From a virus (Duplodnaviria > Heunggongvirae > Uroviricota > Caudoviricetes): DNA of 64,000 nt. The notes beneath the pieces are model-generated. The model was not told the DNA's origin, did no database searches, and saw only the letters and a program-made list of their open reading frames with translations. Location: IMG/VR virus record IMGVR_UViG_3300028887_000105; one strand, 5' to 3'. Below, in pieces: positions 44,752-54,108 of the stretch (position 1 is its first letter; every line of letters starts with the position of its first letter). The position numbers and the translations under genes were made by a program.

Positions 44752-45166
44752 TCAAAAAGAATGGTTCAATTTAACAGAGGAGGAAAAAAGAAGAATAATT
44801 GACGATGCGCGTTGGATAATTGAAACCAATGAAAGACTTTCAACCGAAATACTTGAATCTGACGTAGAAAACAATCGAATCATTATTCATCTTCCAAAAG
44901 AAGTTGCTGCATTTATCGAAATGGAAGAGGGTCGTAGAAAAGCAGTCGAAGAAATGCGTAAGAAAAAAGAGGGGCTTGAAAGATTTCCAGAAGGTTCTGT
45001 TGCTGTATTGAATTTACAAAAGTTTTTCGACGACATATCAGATGTTGAAAAAATGTATTTATTCGAACAATATAGTTCAATAACATTCCAAATGGTTGAA
45101 AACACATTGAAAATGATTTTTGAACGTTTACAATATAGACACCCAGATTACATAAAATACATTTAA
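44741..45166 (+). CDS. hypothetical protein
   Basis: 141-aa ORF. Confidence 0.5.
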   Translation: MEIDQKEWFNLTEEEKRRIIDDARWIIETNERLSTEILESDVENNRIIIHLPKEVAAFIEMEEGRRKAVEEMRKKKEGLERFPEGSVAVLNLQKFFDDISDVEKMYLFEQYSSITFQMVENTLKMIFERLQYRHPDYIKYI

Positions 45167-45167
45167 T

Positions 45168-45305
45168 ATGGAACAAAATAAATTAATGGAAGAAACACCA
45201 CAGTATAAAGCCTGGGTGGAATGGTGGACAGAAATGAATAAAAAACTAATTCAAGAAATAAACAAAAATAATTCATTTGATAATAATAAACCAATAAGAT
45301 GTTAA
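45168..45305 (+). CDS. small hypothetical protein
   Basis: 45-aa ORF. Confidence 0.25.
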   Translation: MEQNKLMEETPQYKAWVEWWTEMNKKLIQEINKNNSFDNNKPIRC

Positions 45306-45847
45306 AGATTAACGAAGAAAACAAAAAATTCTGGGACGATACATTTGCTCAAGTCCCACCTACTCGCGACGAAGATTGTTGCTGTGAATGTTCAGGTAAA
45401 GACGATAGTGACGACGAAGTAGAATGTTGCTGTGGATGCTGCTGCGAAGACGAAGACGGTAATTGGAAGCCTGCAGTACCACTTGGCTACGATGACGACA
45501 TGAAAGAATATAGTGCCGTTAAGGACCTTACAGAAGACGCAATTAAAAACAGGACTTACAGGTGCTGGAAAGTTGGTAGTTATCTTGTAGAATCATACTG
45601 TGAAAATCCTGAGGAACTACGTCTGTACGACGTATTGTTCTTATTTACCGAAAGTTGGGAAGAACCACTGTTTACGGTATTACTCACTGGCATTGATGAA
45701 GAAAACCACAAACTTAAAGTGATGTATATTGATAACAATAAAGACAAAGTTATCAAGGCTGATGCTAAATACACACCTCCAGTAAATCTTACTTTCAATG
45801 ATAAAAGAACTCTTCCAAAGGAAAATAATTTAGATCCAAGAGGATAA
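45299..45847 (+). CDS. hypothetical protein with poly-Cys cluster
   Basis: 182 aa; DCCCECSGKDDSDDEVECCCGCCCED. Confidence 0.55.
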   Translation: MLKINEENKKFWDDTFAQVPPTRDEDCCCECSGKDDSDDEVECCCGCCCEDEDGNWKPAVPLGYDDDMKEYSAVKDLTEDAIKNRTYRCWKVGSYLVESYCENPEELRLYDVLFLFTESWEEPLFTVLLTGIDEENHKLKVMYIDNNKDKVIKADAKYTPPVNLTFNDKRTLPKENNLDPRG

Positions 45848-45852
45848 TAATT

Positions 45853-46215
45853 ATGGTAATAGCATTAGAATATAAAGGATACGCATTATTCGATATTGAA
45901 TGGTGGGTCCACAAGGAAGATTCGTGCAAGACTGAATATTGCTGGTATTCAAAGATTAAATCTCTTCCTTGTGTAGAAGGTATTACACGTTTCCTTCAGG
46001 ATAAATTGAAAGACGATAATTTCAACGTAGAAGAGTTTATTACACTTTCTGAAGGAATTAGTGAACTCGCTGGTTGGTTATGGGAACTTCACAAGAATCA
46101 CCCTGTGGATTTAAAACACGCTGAACAACGTCATTATCATGAGTTTGAACCAGAACTAATGAAAATAATTAATCAGTACTGTGACAAGTACGGATTGGAA
46201 AAACACGTAGATTAA
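45853..46215 (+). CDS. hypothetical protein
   Basis: 120-aa ORF. Confidence 0.5.
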   Translation: MVIALEYKGYALFDIEWWVHKEDSCKTEYCWYSKIKSLPCVEGITRFLQDKLKDDNFNVEEFITLSEGISELAGWLWELHKNHPVDLKHAEQRHYHEFEPELMKIINQYCDKYGLEKHVD

Positions 46216-46217
46216 AT

Positions 46218-46775
46218 ATGAAAGTATTTTTTGATACAGAATTTACTGGTTTACACAAAAATACAACGCTTATTAGCCTTGGTTGTGTAGACGAAGACGG
46301 TAGATCTTTTTATGCTGAGTTTGCCGATTATGACAGGAACCAATGCGATGACTGGATTAAGAAACACGTATTGAAAAACCTCAAGTTTGACCGTGGTGAT
46401 AGTATTGTAGGTCAACTTAATTCTGATGAAGTAACTGAAATTTACGATGACAAGGAACACGTAAAAGAGGCCCTTGCAGAATGGTTGTCAGTATATGACG
46501 AAGTTCAATTAGTTTCTGACGTATGCCATTACGATATGGTATTGTTAATTGACTTGTTTGGTAGTGCATTTGATTTACCAAAGAACGTTTGTCCGTCCTG
46601 TCACGATATTAACCAGGACATTGCTGAACATTACGGTTGTTCTGAAAGAGAGGCGTTTGATAAGTCTCGTGAAGGTATCTTGGCTGATTATGAATTGGAA
46701 ATTAGTGGGGACAAACATAATGCATTGTATGATGCGAAAGTAATTAAACGTTTGTACTTATACGTTTTAAAATAA
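46218..46775 (+). CDS. DEDDh 3'-5' exonuclease (DnaQ/RNase T/oligoribonuclease-like)
   Basis: FFDTEFTG (Exo I), middle Asp motif, HNALYDAKV (Exo III with His). Confidence 0.75.
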   Translation: MKVFFDTEFTGLHKNTTLISLGCVDEDGRSFYAEFADYDRNQCDDWIKKHVLKNLKFDRGDSIVGQLNSDEVTEIYDDKEHVKEALAEWLSVYDEVQLVSDVCHYDMVLLIDLFGSAFDLPKNVCPSCHDINQDIAEHYGCSEREAFDKSREGILADYELEISGDKHNALYDAKVIKRLYLYVLK

Positions 46776-46795
46776 TTAATATAAAAAAGTAAGAA

Positions 46796-47293
46796 ATGCA
46801 AGTAAATGTTAGTATTGACATCGATGAGGCTTACGACAACCTACTCGGTGAACAAAAAAGAAATTTCCTAAGAAGTCATATTGTTGAATTAGGCTTTGAA
46901 GAACTAATGGAAGCAGCACAAGACGCAGACAGACTTCCAGATGTTAAAGTTATAATTAAAAGTGATCATAACAGAACACTCAAGAATGGCCCTGTATATG
47001 TTGCTGATAGTGAAAATAAAAAAGAAGCCGATCAAGGTGTTGAAGGTGAGGGTGAATACGCACCTGGAAAAGTAACAGAGCGTAATTTCACTCGTCCATA
47101 CAAGAAGATGGGTACCGTTGAACCACGCTATACTGATAAATATAACATCGTAGGAGGTGAAATCAAAGACACAGCACTTGGTTTCATTTATGGTGCCATT
47201 AAGAAATATGGCGGTGATCTTCAATATGTTGATGATCTTAAGATTTATATTAAGATGATGGCCGATAGAATCGGTGACGAAACAATTAATTAA
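46796..47293 (+). CDS. hypothetical protein
   Basis: 165-aa ORF. Confidence 0.5.
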   Translation: MQVNVSIDIDEAYDNLLGEQKRNFLRSHIVELGFEELMEAAQDADRLPDVKVIIKSDHNRTLKNGPVYVADSENKKEADQGVEGEGEYAPGKVTERNFTRPYKKMGTVEPRYTDKYNIVGGEIKDTALGFIYGAIKKYGGDLQYVDDLKIYIKMMADRIGDETIN

Positions 47294-47294
47294 T

Positions 47295-47504
47295 ATGGAA
47301 CTATTAGAAAATAACTATGGTAAGGTACGGTGTCGCACATGTGACTCCGTACTAAAACCTGGTAAAGAGGATATACACTCAAACTATGATAATGAATATT
47401 ATGTAATTTGTCCAGTTTGTGGTCAAGATATTTGGTTTGATGGAAAGCCAAGTACTAATCCAGTTCTTAAACATATAATTCATGGTGGATTACCACATAG
47501 ATAA
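47295..47504 (+). CDS. small Zn-ribbon protein
   Basis: CRTCDS...CPVCGQ; non-overlapping ATG inside track ORF 47274. Confidence 0.45.
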   Translation: MELLENNYGKVRCRTCDSVLKPGKEDIHSNYDNEYYVICPVCGQDIWFDGKPSTNPVLKHIIHGGLPHR

Positions 47505-47555
47505 GTTTGGCACAGTTTTTGTATATTTGTTGTAGTAACTTAAAAATTTAAAATA
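47505..47555 (+). promoter_or_regulatory. upstream element variant: TTTGGCACA-GTTT-TTGTA followed by TATATTTG box
   Basis: AGTTTGGCACAGTTTTTGTATATTTGTTG 25 nt before ATG 47556. Confidence 0.45.
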
Positions 47556-47780
47556 ATGAAACATTTGACAGAAAAAGAACTTTTTCCAGGTAAAGCGGTT
47601 AGATACTATCCTTTCATTGATGGCGACGGTAATCCAGATAGCGAACCTAAACTTGGTATTGTAGCCAGTGGTCCTTACTATATATGTGGTAGTGTATGCT
47701 ACAAACTCGCTGAGGTAAGTGCTGTAGTAGACATTGAAAATCTATTTGATGTATGGGACGAAGACAAAGTTAGTGAATAA
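47556..47780 (+). CDS. hypothetical protein
   Basis: 74-aa ORF. Confidence 0.45.
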   Translation: MKHLTEKELFPGKAVRYYPFIDGDGNPDSEPKLGIVASGPYYICGSVCYKLAEVSAVVDIENLFDVWDEDKVSE

Positions 47781-47781
47781 T

Positions 47782-47988
47782 ATGAAACAAATTAAAGTAA
47801 CAACAACCGCATCTGCAGTAGTAACCTTAGATGGTTTGGATATTGACGATGTAATTCAGCAAGCAGCAGACCTGGCACACGAGGTCCTGGAGGAACTGTC
47901 AATCTATAGACAGGAACACGATTTGGATCCACTTACATTCAGTTGTGAGGGAAGTTGCTGTGCATTTTTGGACTTAATAGATGATTAA
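47782..47988 (+). CDS. hypothetical acidic protein
   Basis: non-overlapping ATG inside track ORF 47734. Confidence 0.4.
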   Translation: MKQIKVTTTASAVVTLDGLDIDDVIQQAADLAHEVLEELSIYRQEHDLDPLTFSCEGSCCAFLDLIDD

Positions 47989-47990
47989 TT

Positions 47991-48362
47991 ATGACAAAGA
48001 CAGCAGTAATGCAATCGGATTTTAACATCACTGGAGAAATAGGTGGTGTTAAATATAAATATATAAAGATTCCATGGGTTGAACATCTAGAGATATATAA
48101 GTATTATCATGATAGTCAATCTGCGGAAAGAATTAATGAACGTGGTGGTTTTGGTGTAAGAGAAGCCGCTTATATGGGTTATAATCCTCTAGTTATTTGG
48201 GTAATTTATGATTACAGCGAAAAAGATAGTGATTGGACAAAAGTAGCACTCCTTTTTGATAAAGACTCTGATTTTAGATCATACCGTTACAGGGTTTTAA
48301 CTGAAGAAGAATACAAAAGTCTTGATATATTTGAAAAAATTAAAGATACGTATGATAATTGA
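47991..48362 (+). CDS. hypothetical protein
   Basis: 123-aa ORF. Confidence 0.5.
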   Translation: MTKTAVMQSDFNITGEIGGVKYKYIKIPWVEHLEIYKYYHDSQSAERINERGGFGVREAAYMGYNPLVIWVIYDYSEKDSDWTKVALLFDKDSDFRSYRYRVLTEEEYKSLDIFEKIKDTYDN

Positions 48363-48780
48363 AAATGAAAATTATGTTAGTTTTGAAACAGCAAAACTAT
48401 TGAAAGATAATGGATTTGATTGGTCTTGCCGAGCAAGATACGGAAGTGCTGGTTCTTTCTGTTATGAAAAATATCCGATTGAAGCAAGTGGATGTGAAAT
48501 GCACAATTGTATACTTTGTCCAACTCTTCAAATGGCTAAGAAATGGTTAGAAGAAGTTCACAATCTTTTCATTACTATTGAAATAAAAGGTGATCCACGA
48601 AAAGAGGATTTCATTTATTATAAATGGTCTGTTGCAAAATTTTGTTGTGTTAAAATTGAAAGAATTGATAACGGTTTAAACACACCAGAAGATTATTGGC
48701 TTGCACCTGAGGAAGAGGATGAAAAACCTGAATATGCGTGTGAAGCAGCAATTAAATATTGTCTTGAAAATTTGATTTGA
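48352..48780 (+). CDS. paralog family A protein
   Basis: MIIENENYVSFETAKLLKDNGFD ... LQMAKKWLEEVHNLFI ... ACEAAIKYCLENLI. Confidence 0.55.
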   Translation: MIIENENYVSFETAKLLKDNGFDWSCRARYGSAGSFCYEKYPIEASGCEMHNCILCPTLQMAKKWLEEVHNLFITIEIKGDPRKEDFIYYKWSVAKFCCVKIERIDNGLNTPEDYWLAPEEEDEKPEYACEAAIKYCLENLI

Positions 48781-48782
48781 TT

Positions 48783-49202
48783 ATGATAGAAGAAGCATAC
48801 GTTAGTTTTGAAGTGGCAAAACTTCTGAAAGAGAAGGGTTTTGATGTTGATACTCCAACAAGATATGCTATTGAAAAGGTAACAGAATCTTGGTATGATG
48901 ATTATCGGGAAAGAGTTGTTAAATTCGATTGGGATAGCGGTTATTTTTTAGGCATAAATGATATAAAACACGATATTAGTGGAGATACTATATCTGCTCC
49001 TACCCAACAGATGGCAATGCAATGGTTGAGAAAAATGGGTTGGTTTATTCATATTGATGTCATTCGAGAGGTGTCCTGCTGGACAGCAGATATTCAAGAT
49101 ATAAAGAATGATGTTGCCATTTATGCGGTTGAAAAAGAATTTCCCAACTATGAACAAGCATGTGAAGCAGCAATTAAATATTGCCTTGAAAATTTGATCT
49201 AA
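48783..49202 (+). CDS. paralog family A protein
   Basis: track start 48777 is TTG; ATG 48783; EEAYVSFEVAKLLKEKGFD ... identical C-terminus ACEAAIKYCLENLI. Confidence 0.55.
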   Translation: MIEEAYVSFEVAKLLKEKGFDVDTPTRYAIEKVTESWYDDYRERVVKFDWDSGYFLGINDIKHDISGDTISAPTQQMAMQWLRKMGWFIHIDVIREVSCWTADIQDIKNDVAIYAVEKEFPNYEQACEAAIKYCLENLI

Positions 49203-49204
49203 TT

Positions 49205-49402
49205 ATGACTAAGGAAGATAGAGTAGAATTACAAAAGGCTGTATCTAATTTTCTTTACTCGTTTTCGAGCGAGGAAACACGAATGTATGCGCCGTGGGCA
49301 TTTGATTCAACTGGTTTTCAAAAGCCACTTTCAATTGCTGAATTTGCGGCTACATGGATGGAAAGACGTTTGTTAAACAAAATTAAAAATAAAATAAAAT
49401 GA
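49205..49402 (+). CDS. hypothetical protein
   Basis: 65-aa ORF. Confidence 0.4.
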   Translation: MTKEDRVELQKAVSNFLYSFSSEETRMYAPWAFDSTGFQKPLSIAEFAATWMERRLLNKIKNKIK

Positions 49403-50223
49403 AATTTAAAAGTCTAGAAGAAAAGTGTTTGTATTACAGAGGTTTAACTGATTATAAACTTCTGCCTAACAGTAATATTCTTGTCATGCTTGACGGTAAA
49501 AACTTTAGTCGTCTCATCAAGAATAACTTTAAGAAACCGTTTGATGATGATTTTATCAGAATGATGAACAACACGGCTAAGTTCCTGTGTGAAAACGTAC
49601 AGGGATGTAAGTTTGCATATGTTCAGTCTGATGAGATCTCATTGCTCATTACCGATTATGACACACCAGAGACCGACTTGCTGTTTGGTGGTAGACTTTG
49701 CAAGATTGAATCTATTCTTGCTTCCCTGGCTACGTCAGAGTTCAATCGCCAATTCATTAAGTATCACTTGTTTGAGAAGAGAGAAAATTGGTCTGGTGTT
49801 GGTTTCGCAGGCCTTTCTGATCAACTTGATAAAATGAAGATGGCTCAGTTTGACTGCAAGGCTTGGACTGTACCTAATTTTAACGATGCATTTGCTTGGT
49901 TCCTATATCGTCAGATTGACTGTATCCGTAACTCAAAGCAGCAGACTGCTCAAACCTATGTTCCACACAAAGAACTGGTTAAAAAAGATACTGATCAACA
50001 AATTGCAATTTGTAGAGAAAAAACCGATATTGATTGGAATGATTTTGCCAACCAATACAAATATGGTAGATTTGTTTACAAGGTAGAAAAGGAACTTACT
50101 ACTACTCTTCCTGACGGTAAGGAAATCACTTATTTCAGAAACAAATTCGAGGCTGTACCAGCGTTTGAATTGACGAAGGAAGGAAATAAAGACAAGTTTA
50201 TCAATCTTATTTTCGAATCATGA
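49399..50223 (+). CDS. Thg1-like 3'-5' nucleotidyltransferase (tRNA-His guanylyltransferase family, TLP)
   Basis: ILVMLDGKNFSRL...KPFDDDFIRMMNNTAKFL...FAYVQSDEISLLI aligns with Thg1 VVRLDGRNFHRF...KPND...AYGQSDEYSFVF incl. catalytic Asp residues. Confidence 0.85.
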   Translation: MKFKSLEEKCLYYRGLTDYKLLPNSNILVMLDGKNFSRLIKNNFKKPFDDDFIRMMNNTAKFLCENVQGCKFAYVQSDEISLLITDYDTPETDLLFGGRLCKIESILASLATSEFNRQFIKYHLFEKRENWSGVGFAGLSDQLDKMKMAQFDCKAWTVPNFNDAFAWFLYRQIDCIRNSKQQTAQTYVPHKELVKKDTDQQIAICREKTDIDWNDFANQYKYGRFVYKVEKELTTTLPDGKEITYFRNKFEAVPAFELTKEGNKDKFINLIFES

Positions 50224-50504
50224 ACAGTGAACAACCAACATATTATCAACCGCTGACGCTTGAAAAATTGAATCAAGCGGTTGCAGAACTCGCTAGGCAC
50301 CAGGCTATTCAAGAAAGAAACTTTGAGGCCTGGTACCAAAAAGCGTGTCAGATGAACCCAGACTTAAGAAAACAAGTTGAGGCAGAAATTCGAAGAGAGG
50401 TTAGTAAGTGGCGTAATGATAACTGTGATTTTGAAGTCACTGAAAATCAAATAAGATCTTATTTAAAAACTAAACTAAGAGAACTTAGTGTATTTACAAG
50501 TTAA
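50220..50504 (+). CDS. hypothetical protein
   Basis: 94-aa ORF. Confidence 0.45.
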   Translation: MNSEQPTYYQPLTLEKLNQAVAELARHQAIQERNFEAWYQKACQMNPDLRKQVEAEIRREVSKWRNDNCDFEVTENQIRSYLKTKLRELSVFTS

Positions 50505-50506
50505 TT

Positions 50507-51340
50507 ATGGAAAACGAACACGTTGAATTTTTTAAGAAATTATCAGAATATAGGAAAGAATGTGATGAACATTCTCCTGATTCATTTAGTATAGTTGCTC
50601 AGGAACTATACGGTATGAGTGTAAAAGAAGCCCAAATGCTTTTTACGAAGTATAAGAGGATCCTTGCTGGTTGGTGGGATTGGGAAGAAAATGAAGATGA
50701 AGGTATTGAAGTTGCCACAAAGGGTAAAGCAGTACTTGAGCATTCATTTAAACTAACTCCTTCCAAAAAGTGGGATGGTATTAAATCATACCTTGATAGT
50801 GACGAATACGGATATAAAAACCACATTGCTGTATGGGTTAAATATACCGATAAAGAGCAGCCACAAATGCTTGAATTAAAGATTGATTCGGTAAAGAACC
50901 TTGCTATGATTCACGATTTAGCCGAAAGGGAAGACGTTGAGGTTTTATGTATTGTACCTAGTGTTGATAGTATTTCAAATTTACAAGATTGTGAAAATGA
51001 CGTTGATACCAGGAATGGTAGAATGCGTGTATATGATGGAGACATTTTTGTTCTTTCCAATCATGGTGCTGATGACTATTGGAATAGACCGAAAGAGAAC
51101 GGTGTATATGTATGTATGCACGGTGCATATCGCAGATTGCTTTACACTATTGGTAGAGGTTATGTTAATACCAGTAAGCAGCCTAACATAGCAAATAATA
51201 GTAGTCGTGATGACGATTATGGTGAGGTATTCACATATCACGAGGGTAAATGGAACCAGCATTTGCTTACTATGGATCACAAATGGAAACGAATTGGTAA
51301 TATCCACGCAGATATAAGCCTGTTAATGGAAAAAAATTAG
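50507..51340 (+). CDS. hypothetical protein
   Basis: 277-aa ORF. Confidence 0.55.
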   Translation: MENEHVEFFKKLSEYRKECDEHSPDSFSIVAQELYGMSVKEAQMLFTKYKRILAGWWDWEENEDEGIEVATKGKAVLEHSFKLTPSKKWDGIKSYLDSDEYGYKNHIAVWVKYTDKEQPQMLELKIDSVKNLAMIHDLAEREDVEVLCIVPSVDSISNLQDCENDVDTRNGRMRVYDGDIFVLSNHGADDYWNRPKENGVYVCMHGAYRRLLYTIGRGYVNTSKQPNIANNSSRDDDYGEVFTYHEGKWNQHLLTMDHKWKRIGNIHADISLLMEKN

Positions 51341-51347
51341 TATAATT

Positions 51348-51743
51348 ATGACAAGAGAAGAATTTAAAGAACTTGCCGAGAAGAAATATCCAGTACAGAA
51401 TGTAACTGTCAAAAGTAATGTAGGTGATTTTTATACAACGCATGATGTTAATGAATTACCTAGAAAGGCTTTTATGGAGGCTTACGAGATATTGTTACTG
51501 GAACATATGGCTGACATAGACAAGACCATTGACGAGACCAAGAAGTATATGCTTGGTAAATTGCCAAAATGGCACAAGGCTGATAGAGATATTGACACTG
51601 ACATATTGGAGTATGCAATATTATTTAGACAGGATGGCGGAGATTATCCTGATTATGACACTGTTGAAGTAACCAACAGGTTACACAAAGGTGAATGGTA
51701 TTTTGAATTATCTGATTTACAGAAACTATTAAAAGAAGAATAA
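51348..51743 (+). CDS. hypothetical protein
   Basis: 131-aa ORF. Confidence 0.5.
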   Translation: MTREEFKELAEKKYPVQNVTVKSNVGDFYTTHDVNELPRKAFMEAYEILLLEHMADIDKTIDETKKYMLGKLPKWHKADRDIDTDILEYAILFRQDGGDYPDYDTVEVTNRLHKGEWYFELSDLQKLLKEE

Positions 51744-51747
51744 GAAT

Positions 51748-51933
51748 ATGGATGATATAGACTGGGGAAGAATAATTACCGCTTTAGTCCTTACAGTATT
51801 AATAATCGGTTTAATTTGTTTGCTATTATGGTTAGCAAAATATCATCCAGTTATTTTAGGCTGGTTACTTGGAGCAGTTTTTGTATTTAGTTTATTTATA
51901 ATAATTTACGAAGAACTTGACGATTTATGGTAA
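51748..51933 (+). CDS. small membrane protein
   Basis: 61 aa, two TM helices. Confidence 0.45.
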   Translation: MDDIDWGRIITALVLTVLIIGLICLLLWLAKYHPVILGWLLGAVFVFSLFIIIYEELDDLW

Positions 51934-52298
51934 GAGTATTTTGGTTTTGTGTAGATAGTAACGGTGATGAGAAAATAACATCAAACCGTGATGGTTGGCA
52001 AAGGTTTTCACCATCTTTGTATTATGGAATATACAATGGTACTGTTGCTGATTTAGAAGAATTCCATAGGAAACAGCGTGCTGAAAAGAAGAAAGTAATT
52101 TCTTGGTATGATACACGAATGAAATATGACCATTGGGTCGAACTTCATGATGAAATTGATATTGAGGCACCACGTGAAGGTTATCATCCAGATTGGAACT
52201 ATCTACCTAAGGGTAGTATTGAAAAAATAACAGGAAAGAAAATAACATGGGCCGATGAGCCTATTAAAATAGAAGAAGAATATGATAGCGAGAATTAA
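51927..52298 (+). CDS. hypothetical protein
   Basis: 123-aa ORF. Confidence 0.5.
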   Translation: MVRVFWFCVDSNGDEKITSNRDGWQRFSPSLYYGIYNGTVADLEEFHRKQRAEKKKVISWYDTRMKYDHWVELHDEIDIEAPREGYHPDWNYLPKGSIEKITGKKITWADEPIKIEEEYDSEN

Positions 52299-52719
52299 AA
52301 AAGAATTATGTGACCCAGTAAATGGGGAAGTAGTAGGTCCTTACTATCACTTGTATAAAGTAAAGGACGATGGAACCGAAGAATTGATCGAATCATTCAA
52401 TGGCGATATAAAAGCAGCAGCACGCAGAGCAGAACAAATTGTGGACCTTGAGGCCTTGGATATAGCATATGAACAAAATCCAAATTGCTTTAGTTCCGTT
52501 GCATTTCCTCCTAATTATTATAATGTTAGAAGTAATGCGCCTGGGGCATTTAAACCAATTGAAGTTGATTCATACGAAGGTAAAGTAACTCGTGTAAACG
52601 AGGATTTCGTAGCGGTCAATTACAAGGATGAAACTGGTGAGAACCAGATATTCTATGCAAACCCAGGTAAATACAAAATGGGAGATAAAGTACAAATTTT
52701 AGTTTGGCCAACAGAATAA
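52282..52719 (+). CDS. hypothetical protein
   Basis: 145-aa ORF. Confidence 0.5.
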   Translation: MIARIKKELCDPVNGEVVGPYYHLYKVKDDGTEELIESFNGDIKAAARRAEQIVDLEALDIAYEQNPNCFSSVAFPPNYYNVRSNAPGAFKPIEVDSYEGKVTRVNEDFVAVNYKDETGENQIFYANPGKYKMGDKVQILVWPTE

Positions 52720-52728
52720 TAAAAAGTT

Positions 52729-53010
52729 ATGAGAAAGTACACATTATTTGAAGGTGAACTGTTAGACGGTTCGATTAATGAAGTAATTCCAGGATTAATT
52801 CAAACAGCAAAGTTGAAAAACGAAGACGTATTTCTTCGCTGGAATGGTGCAACTGTAAGAATTATGCCAGACTCTACCGCAGAATCTGTTCATCGTGATT
52901 ATCAATACCTGTTACATGAACAAGATTTGTTTACTAAAGAACGAAATGGAGAACTTATTTCCGTTCAAGATTTAGCACAAAAAATAGCAAAAACATTAGT
53001 GAATTTATGA
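52729..53010 (+). CDS. hypothetical protein
   Basis: 93-aa ORF. Confidence 0.45.
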   Translation: MRKYTLFEGELLDGSINEVIPGLIQTAKLKNEDVFLRWNGATVRIMPDSTAESVHRDYQYLLHEQDLFTKERNGELISVQDLAQKIAKTLVNL

Positions 53011-53219
53011 AAAAACGAAAACTTGAATACGATATTTGGGATTTAAATGCCGCTAAGAGAAGGGCGGTTGAAGAAACCGAAGAACGTCTTGCGTTGGATT
53101 GGAAAGATATCGAATTGATCGATTGTATTTTGAAAGAACTCAGGAAATATCACAAATATAAACACCCTTATTATGAGGATGTTTTAAGTGAATTTAATAG
53201 ATACAGAAGAAAAAAATGA
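53007..53219 (+). CDS. hypothetical protein
   Basis: 70-aa ORF. Confidence 0.45.
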   Translation: MKKRKLEYDIWDLNAAKRRAVEETEERLALDWKDIELIDCILKELRKYHKYKHPYYEDVLSEFNRYRRKK

Positions 53220-53262
53220 TAGAAAATTTTTATATTATGACAAAATATAAAATTATAGAGCA

Positions 53263-53751
53263 ATGAAGAAAGATGCATTGGAATATCTCGAAAGAGTTAA
53301 AGAGACAACACAGAAATCTCATTATGTACCTCACGGTTGGGGTATTGATGATATGATGGTACGTGAAAGTTATGATGTTCAATCAGTGCCATATGATAAG
53401 GCTGTATATGCTGTAGAAATTGCTAATAAAGGTATGACTGCACGACCAAAACCAGAATGGATTGACTACAAGAAGCAGAAACCTCCATATGGCGAAGAAG
53501 TATTAGCATATCATCACTTATGGGTCAGAGAAGATTCTACCCCTGATGGTATTCGTGTAGGATTTCGTTCAGAAGGAGTTGTTGATGATAATGATGATTT
53601 TATATCATCGTATTGGTGGAATTATCAAGAGTGTTATGTCACTATCAGTAGATTTGAAGTAAAAGACAATCTTTCATTCGACCAAAAACTTCTTGAATGT
53701 ATAGAGCCAGAGTATTGGATGAAAAAACCGAAATTCTCTAAGAGTAAATAA
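53263..53751 (+). CDS. hypothetical protein
   Basis: 162-aa ORF. Confidence 0.5.
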   Translation: MKKDALEYLERVKETTQKSHYVPHGWGIDDMMVRESYDVQSVPYDKAVYAVEIANKGMTARPKPEWIDYKKQKPPYGEEVLAYHHLWVREDSTPDGIRVGFRSEGVVDDNDDFISSYWWNYQECYVTISRFEVKDNLSFDQKLLECIEPEYWMKKPKFSKSK

Positions 53752-53812
53752 TTACCTAAAATATAAGATAAACTAATTTAATTTGAGATTATACGGAAAC
53801 AAAATATAGATT

Positions 53813-53944
53813 ATGAATTGTAAAATATGCAATAAAACAGAATATTGTGAGTACAAAAAAAGCGGTACTTTATGTCCTTACATTGGATTAGGATTAGATG
53901 ACGATTATATAAATAGTCTGAGTACTTCGTCAGGTGATTTATAA
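53813..53944 (+). CDS. tiny Cys-containing protein
   Basis: 43 aa; MNCKICNKTEYC...LCPY. Confidence 0.25.
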   Translation: MNCKICNKTEYCEYKKSGTLCPYIGLGLDDDYINSLSTSSGDL

Positions 53945-53950
53945 TCGTAT

Positions 53951-54043
53951 AGTCAGTGGGAGAGCATACTCTAATATATTTTATCCAACTTAGCTTGGTG
54001 GAGTATGTGAATATTTTACCAAGCGATGCTCTCGCCACTGACT
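53951..54043 (+). ncRNA. candidate structured RNA / long bulged hairpin with nested hairpin
   Basis: 17-bp stem AGTCAGTGGGAGAGCAT / ATGCTCTC(G)CCACTGACT with 1-nt bulge enclosing 7-bp stem GCTTGGT/ACCAAGC; in 357-bp non-coding gap. Confidence 0.35.
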
Positions 54044-54108
54044 TTCTAAAGATAACAATTAATTAAAGATATAGCCAACATGTATATCGTTACCAAAAAT
54101 TTTATATT

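Noticed and set aside
53951-54043. Long hairpin evaluated as a tRNA or tmRNA gene
   Set aside because: A 17-bp uninterrupted stem and single nested hairpin are incompatible with a cloverleaf. No tRNA-like structures were found in any intergenic region.
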